From assembly GCA_025993875.1 (NCBI GenBank), contig JAMQHH010000009.1, positions 1 through 53,939 of the forward strand: a DNA stretch of 53,939 bases. Reading direction: 5' to 3'. The translations under genes and the position numbers were made by a program. The number at the start of each line of letters is the position of its first letter. Within the stretch, counting starts at the first letter, position 1. The notes beneath the pieces are model-generated. The model saw only the letters and a list, made by a program, of their open reading frames with translations. It was not told where the DNA came from and searched no databases. This stretch comes from Candidatus Dojkabacteria bacterium (GTDB taxonomy: Bacteria > Patescibacteriota > Dojkabacteria > J137). Positions 35,385 to 45,214 of this stretch are shown piece after piece.

Positions 35385-35894
35385 TTACTTTATTGAGGTA
35401 AGCTCTACATCAAAAATCAAATCGGAATTTGCAGGTATCGCATCAGAAGGGGAGTAATCGGCGTATGCTTTTTGGGCCGGAATCTTTAGCCTTCTTATTT
35501 CTCCAAGCTTCATTCCCACTACACCCTCGCTCCAACCCGTTATTACTCCTGAGCCTACGGTAAATTGAAACCCGCTATCGCCCCTACTAAATGATTGGTC
35601 AAATATAACACCGGTCGAAGCTAGCCACCCGACATAATTAACCGTAATAAGATCACCTATTTTTACCTCTCGAGTAGAATTCTCTAGTGGTGTCTCTATT
35701 GTTTCGGTCACCAAAGATGAAAGAGGCGAGGTTAAAGTTTCGAGACCGGTTTTAGATTTATTTTTTAATCTACTTTCCATAGTTTTTTCTGATATATCTG
35801 TTCTTTGATTTATTATAACCTTTGGGCTAAAAACAAACAACACAGCAAGTCCGGTTAAAGCCAAAAGCGAAGCCACAAATACCTTGTTTTTCAT
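35385..35894 (-). CDS. FKBP-type peptidyl-prolyl isomerase with N-terminal anchor
   Basis: VNYVGWL..FDQS, VITGWSEGVVGMKLGEIRRL and IPANSDLIFDVEL. Start placed at ATG 35894, since the longer ORF overlaps grpE head-to-head. Confidence 0.9.
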   Translation of the reverse strand: MKNKVFVASLLALTGLAVLFVFSPKVIINQRTDISEKTMESRLKNKSKTGLETLTSPLSSLVTETIETPLENSTREVKIGDLITVNYVGWLASTGVIFDQSFSRGDSGFQFTVGSGVITGWSEGVVGMKLGEIRRLKIPAQKAYADYSPSDAIPANSDLIFDVELTSIK

Positions 35895-35984
35895 CTTTTT
35901 GTATTTAATAGTTAACTTTAGAAGTATAGCAAAAAAGTGTATTTTGTATGATAAAATTATCAGTTTAAAATTATTGTTTCGATT

Positions 35985-36881
35985 ATGAAAAAAAAGAATG
36001 TTCTTTGGCAAAAAATTGACAGCTTGTTAAATGAAGTAAATAAAGTTGCAAATGGCAGTTTATCTGCCAATAATTTAACAGTTGCATCAATTGCTGTTAC
36101 AGCAAAAACAGATGAGGAAATTTCAGAGTATTTGGCCGAATTACCTGAAGGAAAAGCAACCATAAACCAAACGGAAAATGGATATAAAATTGAGCTATCC
36201 GAGGCGTACTCTTTTGAAAATTTCCAAGTCTATTCAATTATGTTGGTTAACTCAAAAACAAACAGTTCCGGCAAAGATGGAGTCTCCTTTAAAAGTAAAT
36301 CCTTAGAAAGCATAAAAGCAAAAGCTTCCGAAAATGATTATAAAATAATTGATGGTGTAAATAAGATTATTATTGAAAATGAGAGTTTAACTATCGAGAT
36401 AGACAACGACACAAAAGAAGATGAAAAAACTGAAAGCTCTGTTGAAATTTTAAAAGCATTAGAAGAAGAGAAACTTAAAAGAATTGAGCTCTTATCAGAT
36501 TTTCAAAACTATCAAAAAAGGGTAGAGTTAGAAAAATCTACCTGGGGGGCAATTTCGAACATAGGAATTGTAAAAGAGATTCTGGAAATTCACGACGATA
36601 TTGGACTTGCTCTATCCGATGAAAGTTTAAACATAGAAAACGCAAGGAGTTCATTAAAATCTGCTCAGGAAAAACTTATATCTGCAGTAGAAAGAGTAGG
36701 AATAGAAAAGATTTCGGTAGCTTTGGGAGACGACTTCGACAAAGAAACCATGGAAGCTGTCTCTACAATTGATTCCGGCAGTGAGCAAAAAAACAAAGTG
36801 ATCGCCGTAATAAGTTCTGCATATAAATATAAAAACAAAGATGGAATTTTATCTGCTGCAAAGGTTATAGTAGGAAAATAG
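35985..36881 (+). CDS. grpE: Nucleotide exchange factor GrpE with ~140 aa N-terminal extension
   Basis: SDFQNYQKRV, FDKETMEAV and SAAKVIV in the C-terminal half. Confidence 0.8.
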   Translation: MKKKNVLWQKIDSLLNEVNKVANGSLSANNLTVASIAVTAKTDEEISEYLAELPEGKATINQTENGYKIELSEAYSFENFQVYSIMLVNSKTNSSGKDGVSFKSKSLESIKAKASENDYKIIDGVNKIIIENESLTIEIDNDTKEDEKTESSVEILKALEEEKLKRIELLSDFQNYQKRVELEKSTWGAISNIGIVKEILEIHDDIGLALSDESLNIENARSSLKSAQEKLISAVERVGIEKISVALGDDFDKETMEAVSTIDSGSEQKNKVIAVISSAYKYKNKDGILSAAKVIVGK

Positions 36882-36886
36882 TTCGA

Positions 36887-38938
36887 TTAATACTCTAAAA
36901 ACCATTCGTGGATATTTTTAAAACGATCCTCAATAGAATTAACACTATCCAAATTTACATTTTTTAACTTTGAGTTGTGATAGTAAATAAATCTCGGGTT
37001 ATATAAAAAAACCACCGGAGAATCATCTGCTAGTAATTCCTGAATCTTAAAATAATCTGCTTTTCGCTCTTCAATGCCACTTTTAGGATCGTAGCTTCGA
37101 GCTGTCTCTAAAAGCTTATCTACCCTTGGTACCCTTACAACACTACTCTCCCCCTCTAATTTATTTTCCCTTACCTTTACCGTCTCATCCGACCCAATAT
37201 ATCCCGCAATATTTAACTTTGGATAATCTGTTTGCGAGCTGTGAAAAAGTTCAAATCTGTCTGGGTCTATAAAGGTATTCATACCAAATATCAGGGCATC
37301 AAAGGCTCTTGGAGCCAAAACCTGCGAAGTAAGCTCTTCCAAACTCCATCCTTTTGGCGTATTGCTTGCATTTGAAAGATAATCCTGTTGCTCCTGTCTG
37401 TTTATAATCACCCTTATTCCAACTTTCAACAGATCCTGCTCAATTATGGTTGCGATATTATCTCTATCGTAACTTTCTAAAAAGTATAGCGAAAACTCCA
37501 TTGGTAAATTATCGCTGTTTGTTCTAATTGTTGCTCCGTTTTTTATTGTCCAGCCTGCTGCATCCAGAAGTTCCGACGCCTTTTGTAAGTTATAAGTTTT
37601 CCAATTTGCATTCGGATTAAAATATATAGAATTACTGCTAATTGGGCCATAAGCCTCTTCGGCAGCCCCCATTAACGCGCTTTGAATTATCTCCTCCCTA
37701 TTTATAGCCATAGAAATTGCCTGTCGAACATTTTTATCCAGTAAAAATTCCGGAGCAATACTGTTTCCGCTAGGGTCAAGTCGAAGATTAAAATATACTC
37801 CCCAATACTGATTATATAAAACAGGACTTAGCTGTGTCACTATGTATTGATAGTTAGATACATCGCTTCTATCTTCGGAAGTAGATGCAGATAAGCTGTG
37901 AATTTCCCCGCTTTTTAGCCCTGCAATAGCCTCTTTAAATGTTATATAGTATTTGAATTTTATATACTCGATATTTGGAATTTCGGCCTGCATATAGTAA
38001 TCATTGTTTCGCGCCAATGTAACAGAAGCATCGTCAGCTGCAAATAGCTTATATTTACCCGTACCTATTGGAGATCTTAAAATTTCGTGAAAAACGATAT
38101 CGTAATTTCCCGGATCCAGATTAGCGGTTAGATGCTCTGGAACAATCTTTACACTTATTAACTCCAAAAAATTAGATAGAATTGGATTGTCTTCGGTTTT
38201 AGAGCATCGCTGATCATTACTTGCTCCTTTTGTACAAATTCTAAAGGAATAATCGTCAATCTTTTCCCATTTAAGTTGTTTTAATGCAACTGTATAAGAG
38301 TTATCGCTTTTGCGTAAATTAGAAACAATATCAAACGTTCTTATAACATCATCCACAGTAAATTTCTGCCCGTCCTGCCAAAATACATCGGCACGCAGAT
38401 TAAATTGGTAATCTGCTCCAGGCCTTATAGACAAAATCTCTTCTGCAAGAATTGGGGTAATACTTTCATTTGTGCCTGTACCTTTATCTTTAGGTTCCAA
38501 ATCCAGCCTGAATAATGGTTCGTAAATTAAATCTACCAGATCTTTTTCTAGCTGCACAGTAACAGGTGCAAATGGATCGACCTTGTTAATTCTTTGAGGC
38601 CTGCCATAGCTATCGGCCCCCATAACAACGCCTTCGGTAAGTTCTGAACCGGCTGCAGACACAACCCTATTATATGTTCCCGAAAAAAATATTATTAAGA
38701 AGATACTTAGTAATACTATTGCCAAAATAAAATGCGAAAACGGGACTAAAACTGAGTATGTTCTAAAAAAAGAATCTCTATACTTGTTATTCTCTAAAAT
38801 AATATCGGGATATCTCCAAATTAGATCACGCAAAATGTAAAAAAATTTTTCGAGATACAAAACCGGCTTTACAATTGCTTCTATTACTGCCGGAAAAAAC
38901 TTTCGTTGTGGTTTACTGTTAAAAATATTTTTAGACAT
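36887..38938 (-). CDS. Family 5 ABC substrate-binding protein (OppA/DppA-like), membrane anchored
   Basis: LIYEPLF, LRADVFWQDGQKFTVDDV, PIGTGKYKL, VRQAISMAINREEI and ASELLDAAGW. No permease or ATPase is adjacent. Confidence 0.85.
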   Translation of the reverse strand: MSKNIFNSKPQRKFFPAVIEAIVKPVLYLEKFFYILRDLIWRYPDIILENNKYRDSFFRTYSVLVPFSHFILAIVLLSIFLIIFFSGTYNRVVSAAGSELTEGVVMGADSYGRPQRINKVDPFAPVTVQLEKDLVDLIYEPLFRLDLEPKDKGTGTNESITPILAEEILSIRPGADYQFNLRADVFWQDGQKFTVDDVIRTFDIVSNLRKSDNSYTVALKQLKWEKIDDYSFRICTKGASNDQRCSKTEDNPILSNFLELISVKIVPEHLTANLDPGNYDIVFHEILRSPIGTGKYKLFAADDASVTLARNNDYYMQAEIPNIEYIKFKYYITFKEAIAGLKSGEIHSLSASTSEDRSDVSNYQYIVTQLSPVLYNQYWGVYFNLRLDPSGNSIAPEFLLDKNVRQAISMAINREEIIQSALMGAAEEAYGPISSNSIYFNPNANWKTYNLQKASELLDAAGWTIKNGATIRTNSDNLPMEFSLYFLESYDRDNIATIIEQDLLKVGIRVIINRQEQQDYLSNASNTPKGWSLEELTSQVLAPRAFDALIFGMNTFIDPDRFELFHSSQTDYPKLNIAGYIGSDETVKVRENKLEGESSVVRVPRVDKLLETARSYDPKSGIEERKADYFKIQELLADDSPVVFLYNPRFIYYHNSKLKNVNLDSVNSIEDRFKNIHEWFLEY

Positions 38939-38944
38939 CTACTC

Positions 38945-39175
38945 CTAGGATAAAATTGCTATAGCAATCGAAATAACGCCAAAAACTATTCCAAGTACTA
39001 TTGTAGAATTATATAAAAAAGCCTCAATTCCTCTTCGAGATCGATAATACTCTCCACCACCCGAACCTCCAAATATTGTTCCAAGTCCACCTCCTCTATT
39101 TTGCAGTAAGATAGAGGCAATTAGTAAAACGCTAACAATTACCAGTAAATATTTTAAAATAACTGTAAGTTCCAT
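38945..39175 (-). CDS. secG: Preprotein translocase subunit SecG
   Basis: ILLQNRGGGLGTIFGGSGG..RRGIE with two TMs. Start placed at ATG 39175. Confidence 0.9.
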   Translation of the reverse strand: MELTVILKYLLVIVSVLLIASILLQNRGGGLGTIFGGSGGGEYYRSRRGIEAFLYNSTIVLGIVFGVISIAIAILS

Positions 39176-39230
39176 AAAAAAACTCAACTATACTAATAAT
39201 ATCAATTCAATTATACCATAACAGTAAATC

Positions 39231-39632
39231 TTACCTTCTACTCTGACTTAGAATTTCCATACCTGTAGAGATAACACCGGAGAACATAGATAGCACAACA
39301 AGGGCTATCGTTCTATCTGCAATAACTACCTGTGCAATCCAAAAATCTACAGTTCTACCTGCTGTTACTTCAAATAGCCCTAATATATATATTCCGGAAA
39401 AAAAGAATAAAAATGATAGTAAAAGATTAACCAAAAAAATAGAGCCATTATTTACTGGTAACTTGAAAAACTTCAAAATATTTGGGATAAGCATAACTAA
39501 AATACCGTATATTAATCCAGCCCCAATTAATGTTTGCACAGAGGTATCCTTTAAGATACTTTCAATACCAAAGACACTAACAACAAAAACAAATACTAAT
39601 AGATTACGAAAAGCAATATATATGTTTCTCAT
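39231..39632 (-). CDS. 4-TM membrane protein (phage holin family 4/DUF360-like)
   Basis: Four TMs with the pattern IPNILKFFKLPVN..FLVN. Confidence 0.55.
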   Translation of the reverse strand: MRNIYIAFRNLLVFVFVVSVFGIESILKDTSVQTLIGAGLIYGILVMLIPNILKFFKLPVNNGSIFLVNLLLSFLFFFSGIYILGLFEVTAGRTVDFWIAQVVIADRTIALVVLSMFSGVISTGMEILSQSRR

Positions 39633-39637
39633 ACCCT

Positions 39638-40387
39638 TTATAAATCTGTAATAGTTACTGTCCCCGATCTTATTATTAAGTTGCTCGATGGTCTATAAAC
39701 TATTATTAATGTTTTCCCATCTACTAAAGAGAACGTGGCCAGAATATCGTTTGCCTGTAAATCTTCGTAGAAAACGGGGTCACTCTTTTTAACAAGCTCC
39801 GCATCGTTTACAACCTGTGCCTGCGGGGTTTCGGCATAAGTAGCTTCGATTAGCCCTGCATCCTTAACTTTTTGAACTATTGTACTTAGAAGCTGCTCGG
39901 AACTTGCCTGAATAATATTATTTGGAGTATCACCATCGTAAATTACCTTTTCCAATTTTGTAGAATATACAACAAGTTTGTTTGTATATAATAGTATGTA
40001 ATCGCCATCTGATGCATCTTTGTATATTTCGGCCGTTACAGCATTAGATTTTCTAAGCTCCTCGGCAGTCGGAATATTGTTATCGCCTATAACACTCATT
40101 TGAGGAATTTCAGTTGGTGGAATATTTGCCTGTCTGGCAACTTCGTTTAAAATCTGTACACTTCTAAGTTGCGTTAAAAGGTTAACAGGATTTACAAATA
40201 GATATAAAATTACAACCTGTAAAACCACAATAAGAAAAAGCGAGAGTTTAACATTCGGCACATACTTATATATTTTTGCTAAAAATCCTTCACTTGTAGA
40301 ACGTTTAGGGTTTGTTCTAATAATTTCCTGATTCTTGGCGATTTCACTAAAAGAAATACCGCCTCTTTGTGATCTATCCGCTTCCAT
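39638..40387 (-). CDS. Membrane-anchored hypothetical protein with tandemly duplicated domain
   Basis: One TM, then two copies of E.PQ..V..D....K.....Y.D....D......VY. Confidence 0.7.
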   Translation of the reverse strand: MEADRSQRGGISFSEIAKNQEIIRTNPKRSTSEGFLAKIYKYVPNVKLSLFLIVVLQVVILYLFVNPVNLLTQLRSVQILNEVARQANIPPTEIPQMSVIGDNNIPTAEELRKSNAVTAEIYKDASDGDYILLYTNKLVVYSTKLEKVIYDGDTPNNIIQASSEQLLSTIVQKVKDAGLIEATYAETPQAQVVNDAELVKKSDPVFYEDLQANDILATFSLVDGKTLIIVYRPSSNLIIRSGTVTITDL

Positions 40388-40448
40388 AAAATATTGTTAA
40401 AAATTTAGTATAGTCCAATACTACTTGTTTTACTTAAAGATTTCAAGT

Positions 40449-40862
40449 TTAAAATGCAATGCTGTCTCCAGCGCTAACATTTGTATTTATTTCCACATTT
40501 AAGCTTTTTAAAATATCCATCTGAGCACTATACGGGGAAAGCTCCTCTTCCGTAGATTTTTCATTATTTTCAAAAAAGCTTTTGTATGTGGTAATACTCT
40601 TAGCAAGATTTTGATTTTCGGGTGTTTCGATCATTGACCGTCGGGATATAACAGTTGCCAGATATATATTAGGTTCCTGTAAAATTGCTATTTTAAGTTT
40701 ACCTTTAGGGATAATAATACTCGAAAGTAAAGAGTTTTGCAGTTCGGGGATTTTTATTTCCGAGTAAACTGTAACTTCTGAACCTAGATTTAAGAGTTCA
40801 GTGGTTTTAATTACTGCAAACTTACTGTTTAGCACAAGAATTACCTCTCCGACTTTTCGCAT
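40449..40862 (-). CDS. Hypothetical protein (beta-rich N-terminus)
   Basis: 137 aa ORF; upstream TGTTATAAT extended -10 at 40910..40918 (minus). Confidence 0.6.
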   Translation of the reverse strand: MRKVGEVILVLNSKFAVIKTTELLNLGSEVTVYSEIKIPELQNSLLSSIIIPKGKLKIAILQEPNIYLATVISRRSMIETPENQNLAKSITTYKSFFENNEKSTEEELSPYSAQMDILKSLNVEINTNVSAGDSIAF

Positions 40863-41030
40863 ATATTATCCAGTAATATTTAATTTTAAATGAGTCTTAC
40901 TCTTAAGTGATTATAACAATAGGTTACTAATTTTGAATAATTTTTGTAGAAAAATAGTGATATTTTGTGTAAAATTACTGGCATTGGTAATAAAAATGAT
41001 TAACGGGTCTTGATGCCAAAAGTTTTTGCA

Positions 41031-41055
41031 CAAAACAGCATGTTATGCTGTTTTG
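41031..41055. terminator. Bidirectional terminator-like hairpin
   Basis: CAAAACAGCA-TGTTA-TGCTGTTTTG. Confidence 0.4.
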
Positions 41056-41200
41056 AAATATACAAAGCACAGTAACAATTTATAAGTGAGACTGATAAAA
41101 AAGCTATTTAGAATAAGTAACTTTACCTACATAGCTTGCAACAAAAGAAGTTAAGATGCTTTGTAAAATGTGTTTGGGCTTCAAAGTGATCCGTATTTGC

Positions 41201-41226
41201 AAAACAAGCCCTACTAGGCTTGTTTT
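41201..41226. other. Perfect 10 bp hairpin abutting the tRNA-Asp 5' end
   Basis: AAAACAAGCC-CTACTA-GGCTTGTTTT. Confidence 0.6.
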
Positions 41227-41300
41227 GGGGTGGTAGCTCAACTGGTTAGAGCATTCGCCTGTCACGCGAAAGGTTGAGGGTTCGAGCCCCTTCCATCCCG
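41227..41300 (+). tRNA. tRNA-Asp(GUC), no encoded CCA
   Basis: GGGGTGG/CCATCCC acceptor stem, anticodon stem TTCGC/GCGAA with loop CTGTCAC, T-loop GGTTCGAGCC. Confidence 0.95.
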
Positions 41301-41373
41301 AGAAATGCCTGGTAGGTCACTTAGTAAAAAACCAGTAGCAATTGTTAAACTTAATTCTCCTTAACTCTTAATT

Positions 41374-41757
41374 TTATCCTTCCAATATGTCTACTATTCC
41401 AAGGGATTCTAAAAAATCTGTTACAACTGCACTTATATCCTCCTCTGTAAATTCTGTAAATTTCGATATTTCTTTAAAAATAGCTCTACTGGTAATTGCT
41501 CGAACTAAGCATGTAATAGCATTCGGAAAATTTACAAATGGAGCAGCATCTGTAAATTGGGCACTGATATTATTAAGCCACTGGATGTCTACGTTTGATT
41601 GATCCAAATGATTAACTGCTTGCATGGCAATTATTGCTTTAACCAGTAAAGATAAAGACACCAGTATTTGCTCTCGGTTAACTAAAAAAAATAATTGTAA
41701 CAATAAAAGGTTGAAGTCTGCATTATTTGGATCTTCCAAATTATTATCTTTAGGCAT
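41374..41757 (-). CDS. Hypothetical protein
   Basis: 127 aa helical-looking ORF starting 2 nt after the upstream gene's stop. Confidence 0.55.
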   Translation of the reverse strand: MPKDNNLEDPNNADFNLLLLQLFFLVNREQILVSLSLLVKAIIAMQAVNHLDQSNVDIQWLNNISAQFTDAAPFVNFPNAITCLVRAITSRAIFKEISKFTEFTEEDISAVVTDFLESLGIVDILEG

Positions 41758-41759
41758 TA

Positions 41760-42860
41760 TTATGAAGTTGGCTGAGATACACTTTGATCTAATCCTAATG
41801 TTGACAAAAGTTCAGCTCTCTTTCTCTCCAATTCAGGATTGTTCTGTATTTCCCACTTGGAAATCTGATCTAACACTAATTGTTGACGCTCAGCATTACC
41901 ATCAATTGCTTGTTTAATTCCGTTTATCAGATCTTGGTATTGGCTATTCTCTTTACCCTTTCCACTTATTATGATGTTCCACAAATTTTGCGTGTTGTTT
42001 TTTAGTCTTTCTACTAACACAACACTACTTGTATTTTCAGCTGTTTGATTTTTAACAAGCTGCGGGAGTGAAGTCAGGCCAAAATAAAATTGTTTTAAAA
42101 ATTTAAGATTAATCTTAGCATTCGAAAAAAGTTTTATTAACTGTTCTTCTCCAAGGTTAATTTTTTTTTCTTCGTCGTCGCGATATTGGCTTGGTATTTC
42201 TTCTTTTAGCCAATTTACAAGGTCTGTTCTGGCAAAGTACTGGTTTTCACTTTCATCAAAATAAAGATAACCCGCTTTTCTCCAAAAATCTAATACTGCT
42301 TGTGAAAGAGAGTTGTTCTCAAAAGTTATTGGAGTTATATAGTCAGAATCTACTTTACTAGCAATATGTTCCTCATAGCCTATTCCGCTTTGTTCAATTC
42401 CTGGAATCAAATTTAAGAGATTTATAAACTCTTGTTGACCCAACGAAACCAATTCCTGGTCTGGAATATTTTTATTTTGTCTTACATTATTTTCTAAAAA
42501 AGAAATTAGTGCCTGATAAAAGGTTATTGGTAAAGATTTTTCGTTAGTAATAATTTGTGAAATACCACTAAAACCTGTCGTAAAAAAATCCCGCACTAAG
42601 TTAAATGCTAATTGTTTTTGGGGCAGGTCTAAACCTAACCTTAAAGAACCTCCCGAAAAATACTTCGGAAAAATTTTTGAAAAGAAATCTCCAGCGTAAG
42701 CGTTAAATTTATTCCTAAGATTGTTAGAAGTTAGCAATTTTTGTGTTTTTTCCGGCAAAAGTCCGGCAAAGTCCCAATGGTAATCATTTATGTTTTCTAA
42801 AGAGAACTTTCGCTCTGACGTGCTTTGCTCCAAGCTTGCAAGTTTTTCTGTAATTGACAT
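41760..42860 (-). CDS. Hypothetical protein
   Basis: 366 aa ORF tightly coupled to ftsX; no motif recognised. Confidence 0.7.
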   Translation of the reverse strand: MSITEKLASLEQSTSERKFSLENINDYHWDFAGLLPEKTQKLLTSNNLRNKFNAYAGDFFSKIFPKYFSGGSLRLGLDLPQKQLAFNLVRDFFTTGFSGISQIITNEKSLPITFYQALISFLENNVRQNKNIPDQELVSLGQQEFINLLNLIPGIEQSGIGYEEHIASKVDSDYITPITFENNSLSQAVLDFWRKAGYLYFDESENQYFARTDLVNWLKEEIPSQYRDDEEKKINLGEEQLIKLFSNAKINLKFLKQFYFGLTSLPQLVKNQTAENTSSVVLVERLKNNTQNLWNIIISGKGKENSQYQDLINGIKQAIDGNAERQQLVLDQISKWEIQNNPELERKRAELLSTLGLDQSVSQPTS

Positions 42861-42865
42861 ATTTT

Positions 42866-43888
42866 TTATCTAATATATCTTCTAATTGAAATAAAACTGC
42901 TTACTGCTCCAATTAAAAACCCTGTTAACAGTAATCCTGCTAAAACAGCAACCCACCCTAATGGTTCAATTTTAGGCCATGGCAGCTGGCTAAATGTTTC
43001 AAAAACAAACCTCGCAATAGTCGAACCTTTATCTAAAACAAAAACAGCAACCAAAACCGATCCAATCATTAAACTGGAAATTAGTGACCCCATTAGGCCG
43101 TAAAATGCACCCTCTAAAATATATGGTGCTCTTATAAATAAAAGACTCCCTCCAACCAGCTGCATAACACCTATCTCCTCCATCTGGTTATACAGCCTAA
43201 ATTCCACAGTCATAAAGGTAAAAAAGAAAATTACAATAAATAACAATGTAATTATTACAATGCCCGCAAGGCGAATTACTCCGAAAATCTCTCTTTGTTC
43301 CTCCAACCTTGAATCATCCGATTTTAAAATTATCGGAGCCCTGCCTTCTACCTCGGAATACTTATACCTTTTAACCATAGAAGAATCGGGGTACGATTGC
43401 GGAACTGATTCGTCGGTTTGAATAATCTCCAGGGATTTTAATTCTAAATCGATATCTTTTTGCAACAATGTTTTTACCGTTTCAAATTTATCCAAAGAAA
43501 CAAGCTCTATATCCAAGCTCGAATTTAACTTAGGCTCCCTAAATGTTTTTAGTGCCTCGTACATTTCGGGATTTACCCGGGCTGTATGGTCGCTATATTT
43601 TTGGTAGGCTTCTTCCTCCGATAAAAAGGTTATTTTTTTTATTTCGGGCACATTTTTCCATTTTTCCCATAGTCTGGTTATTAATTCCGAATCCATTCCT
43701 GTATTAAAAAATACAATTACATTATTTTTGGACTCTATAAATTGAATATTTAAATTAGCAAAATACGCAAGTCCTCCAAAAATGAGTGCCACCAAAAAAG
43801 CAAGTGTCATAACGCTAACCGACGCCCATGCTGTCCAACCGCTTCTTGATATTTGCTTTGCTGTATTGGTTAAAATTCTACCTATCAT
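42866..43888 (-). CDS. ftsX: Cell division permease FtsX
   Basis: RSGWTAWASV, EEIGVMQLVGGS..FIRAPYILEG and IRRYIR. Confidence 0.92.
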   Translation of the reverse strand: MIGRILTNTAKQISRSGWTAWASVSVMTLAFLVALIFGGLAYFANLNIQFIESKNNVIVFFNTGMDSELITRLWEKWKNVPEIKKITFLSEEEAYQKYSDHTARVNPEMYEALKTFREPKLNSSLDIELVSLDKFETVKTLLQKDIDLELKSLEIIQTDESVPQSYPDSSMVKRYKYSEVEGRAPIILKSDDSRLEEQREIFGVIRLAGIVIITLLFIVIFFFTFMTVEFRLYNQMEEIGVMQLVGGSLLFIRAPYILEGAFYGLMGSLISSLMIGSVLVAVFVLDKGSTIARFVFETFSQLPWPKIEPLGWVAVLAGLLLTGFLIGAVSSFISIRRYIR

Positions 43889-43908
43889 TTATTTATGTAA
43901 TGTAAAAA

Positions 43909-45144
43909 TTAATCGGTAAGTTTTTTTATCTCCTCGGCTATTTGCATAATTTCTTCGGGAGTAAATGCCATACTCTCCGAAAGTCCTACTATCCCCTTTT
44001 CTATTATAGCTTGAGTATCGGTAAAACCCATCTTCTTAAGCTTTTTTTTAAGATCTCTAGATAAGTCTAATTTGGAAATCTCTGTTACAGGGAAAGATTT
44101 TTCGTCAAAATCTTTTACCTTTATTTCGGCAGCTTTTTTTCTCTTTTTTACAGGCTTATCTAATACAACATTTTCAACATCAGCAGCTGCTTTTGTATCT
44201 TCTTCGAGATATTCGTGTAGTTTTTTTAGCCTAAAATTGTTTGGCGCCAGTTCCTCTGCTAAAACATTTTTTATATCTTCTCTTTTTACCTCTTTTTTCT
44301 TTCTAAAAAACCCAAAAAAATTTATTTTTGGTCTTTTCACTTCGGGGTTTTTATTTGATTCGGAATGGCTTTCGAGTGTAAGTTTAAATTTTCGCTTTTC
44401 TTTTTTTTCACTAAATTCTGAATCTTTTGATGTTTCATCTTGCATTCGATTTTCAAAATTTGAGTTTAATTCGTACTGTCCTTTATTATCGTCTCTAATA
44501 ACTTTTCCTTTTTCCATCTGAACCACTCTTTTATTTACTGCATTTACTATATCGGTTCCATGTGTAGACATAATTACGGTTGTCCCCCAGTTATTTACTT
44601 TTGTAAGAATTTGAACAATATCCCAGGAACTGGCCGGGTCTAGGTTACCAGTTGGTTCATCGGCTATTAAGATTTTGGGGTTGTTTGCAATAGCTCTGGC
44701 AATTGCCACCCTTTGTTGCTCTCCTCCCGAAAGCTGTTTGGGAAAAGCGCTCATTCGATCGGAAAGGCCTACAATATCTAAGACATAAGGAACTGTTTCC
44801 TTTATCTCTTTATTATTTTTTCCTGCAGCCTCCATTGCAAACGCTACATTTTCGAAAGCAGTTTTATCCATAACAAGTTTAAAATCCTGAAAAATTACCC
44901 CGACCTCACGTCTTAACTTATACACCTTCCTGCGGTTTATTTGGGTAATATCGGTATCCTTAAAAAAAACTTTGCCGGATGTCGGAGTTTCGTCTCGAAT
45001 TAGCATTTTAATTAATGTTGTTTTCCCACTACCAGAAGGGCCAATTAAAAAAAGGAACTCACCCTCGTTAACTCCAAAGGTTACATCCGAAACTGCATGG
45101 ATATTTCCATCGTAGGTTTTAGTTACTCTATTAAATTCTATCAA
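43909..45144 (-). CDS. ftsE: Cell division ATPase FtsE with long C-terminal extension
   Basis: [23 protein letters not shown] and [10 protein letters not shown], plus ~185 extra residues. TTG start. Confidence 0.93.
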   Translation of the reverse strand: MIEFNRVTKTYDGNIHAVSDVTFGVNEGEFLFLIGPSGSGKTTLIKMLIRDETPTSGKVFFKDTDITQINRRKVYKLRREVGVIFQDFKLVMDKTAFENVAFAMEAAGKNNKEIKETVPYVLDIVGLSDRMSAFPKQLSGGEQQRVAIARAIANNPKILIADEPTGNLDPASSWDIVQILTKVNNWGTTVIMSTHGTDIVNAVNKRVVQMEKGKVIRDDNKGQYELNSNFENRMQDETSKDSEFSEKKEKRKFKLTLESHSESNKNPEVKRPKINFFGFFRKKKEVKREDIKNVLAEELAPNNFRLKKLHEYLEEDTKAAADVENVVLDKPVKKRKKAAEIKVKDFDEKSFPVTEISKLDLSRDLKKKLKKMGFTDTQAIIEKGIVGLSESMAFTPEEIMQIAEEIKKLTD

Positions 45145-45214
45145 CTACTTTTTTTTTAAATATATTGCAAATCATAGTATACATGTTTTTGGTACTGTTG
45201 CAAAACTCAGTTTC

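Noticed and set aside
39231-39632. Holin-like gene as a prophage marker
   Set aside because: This membrane family is commonly chromosomal, and no phage genes are nearby.
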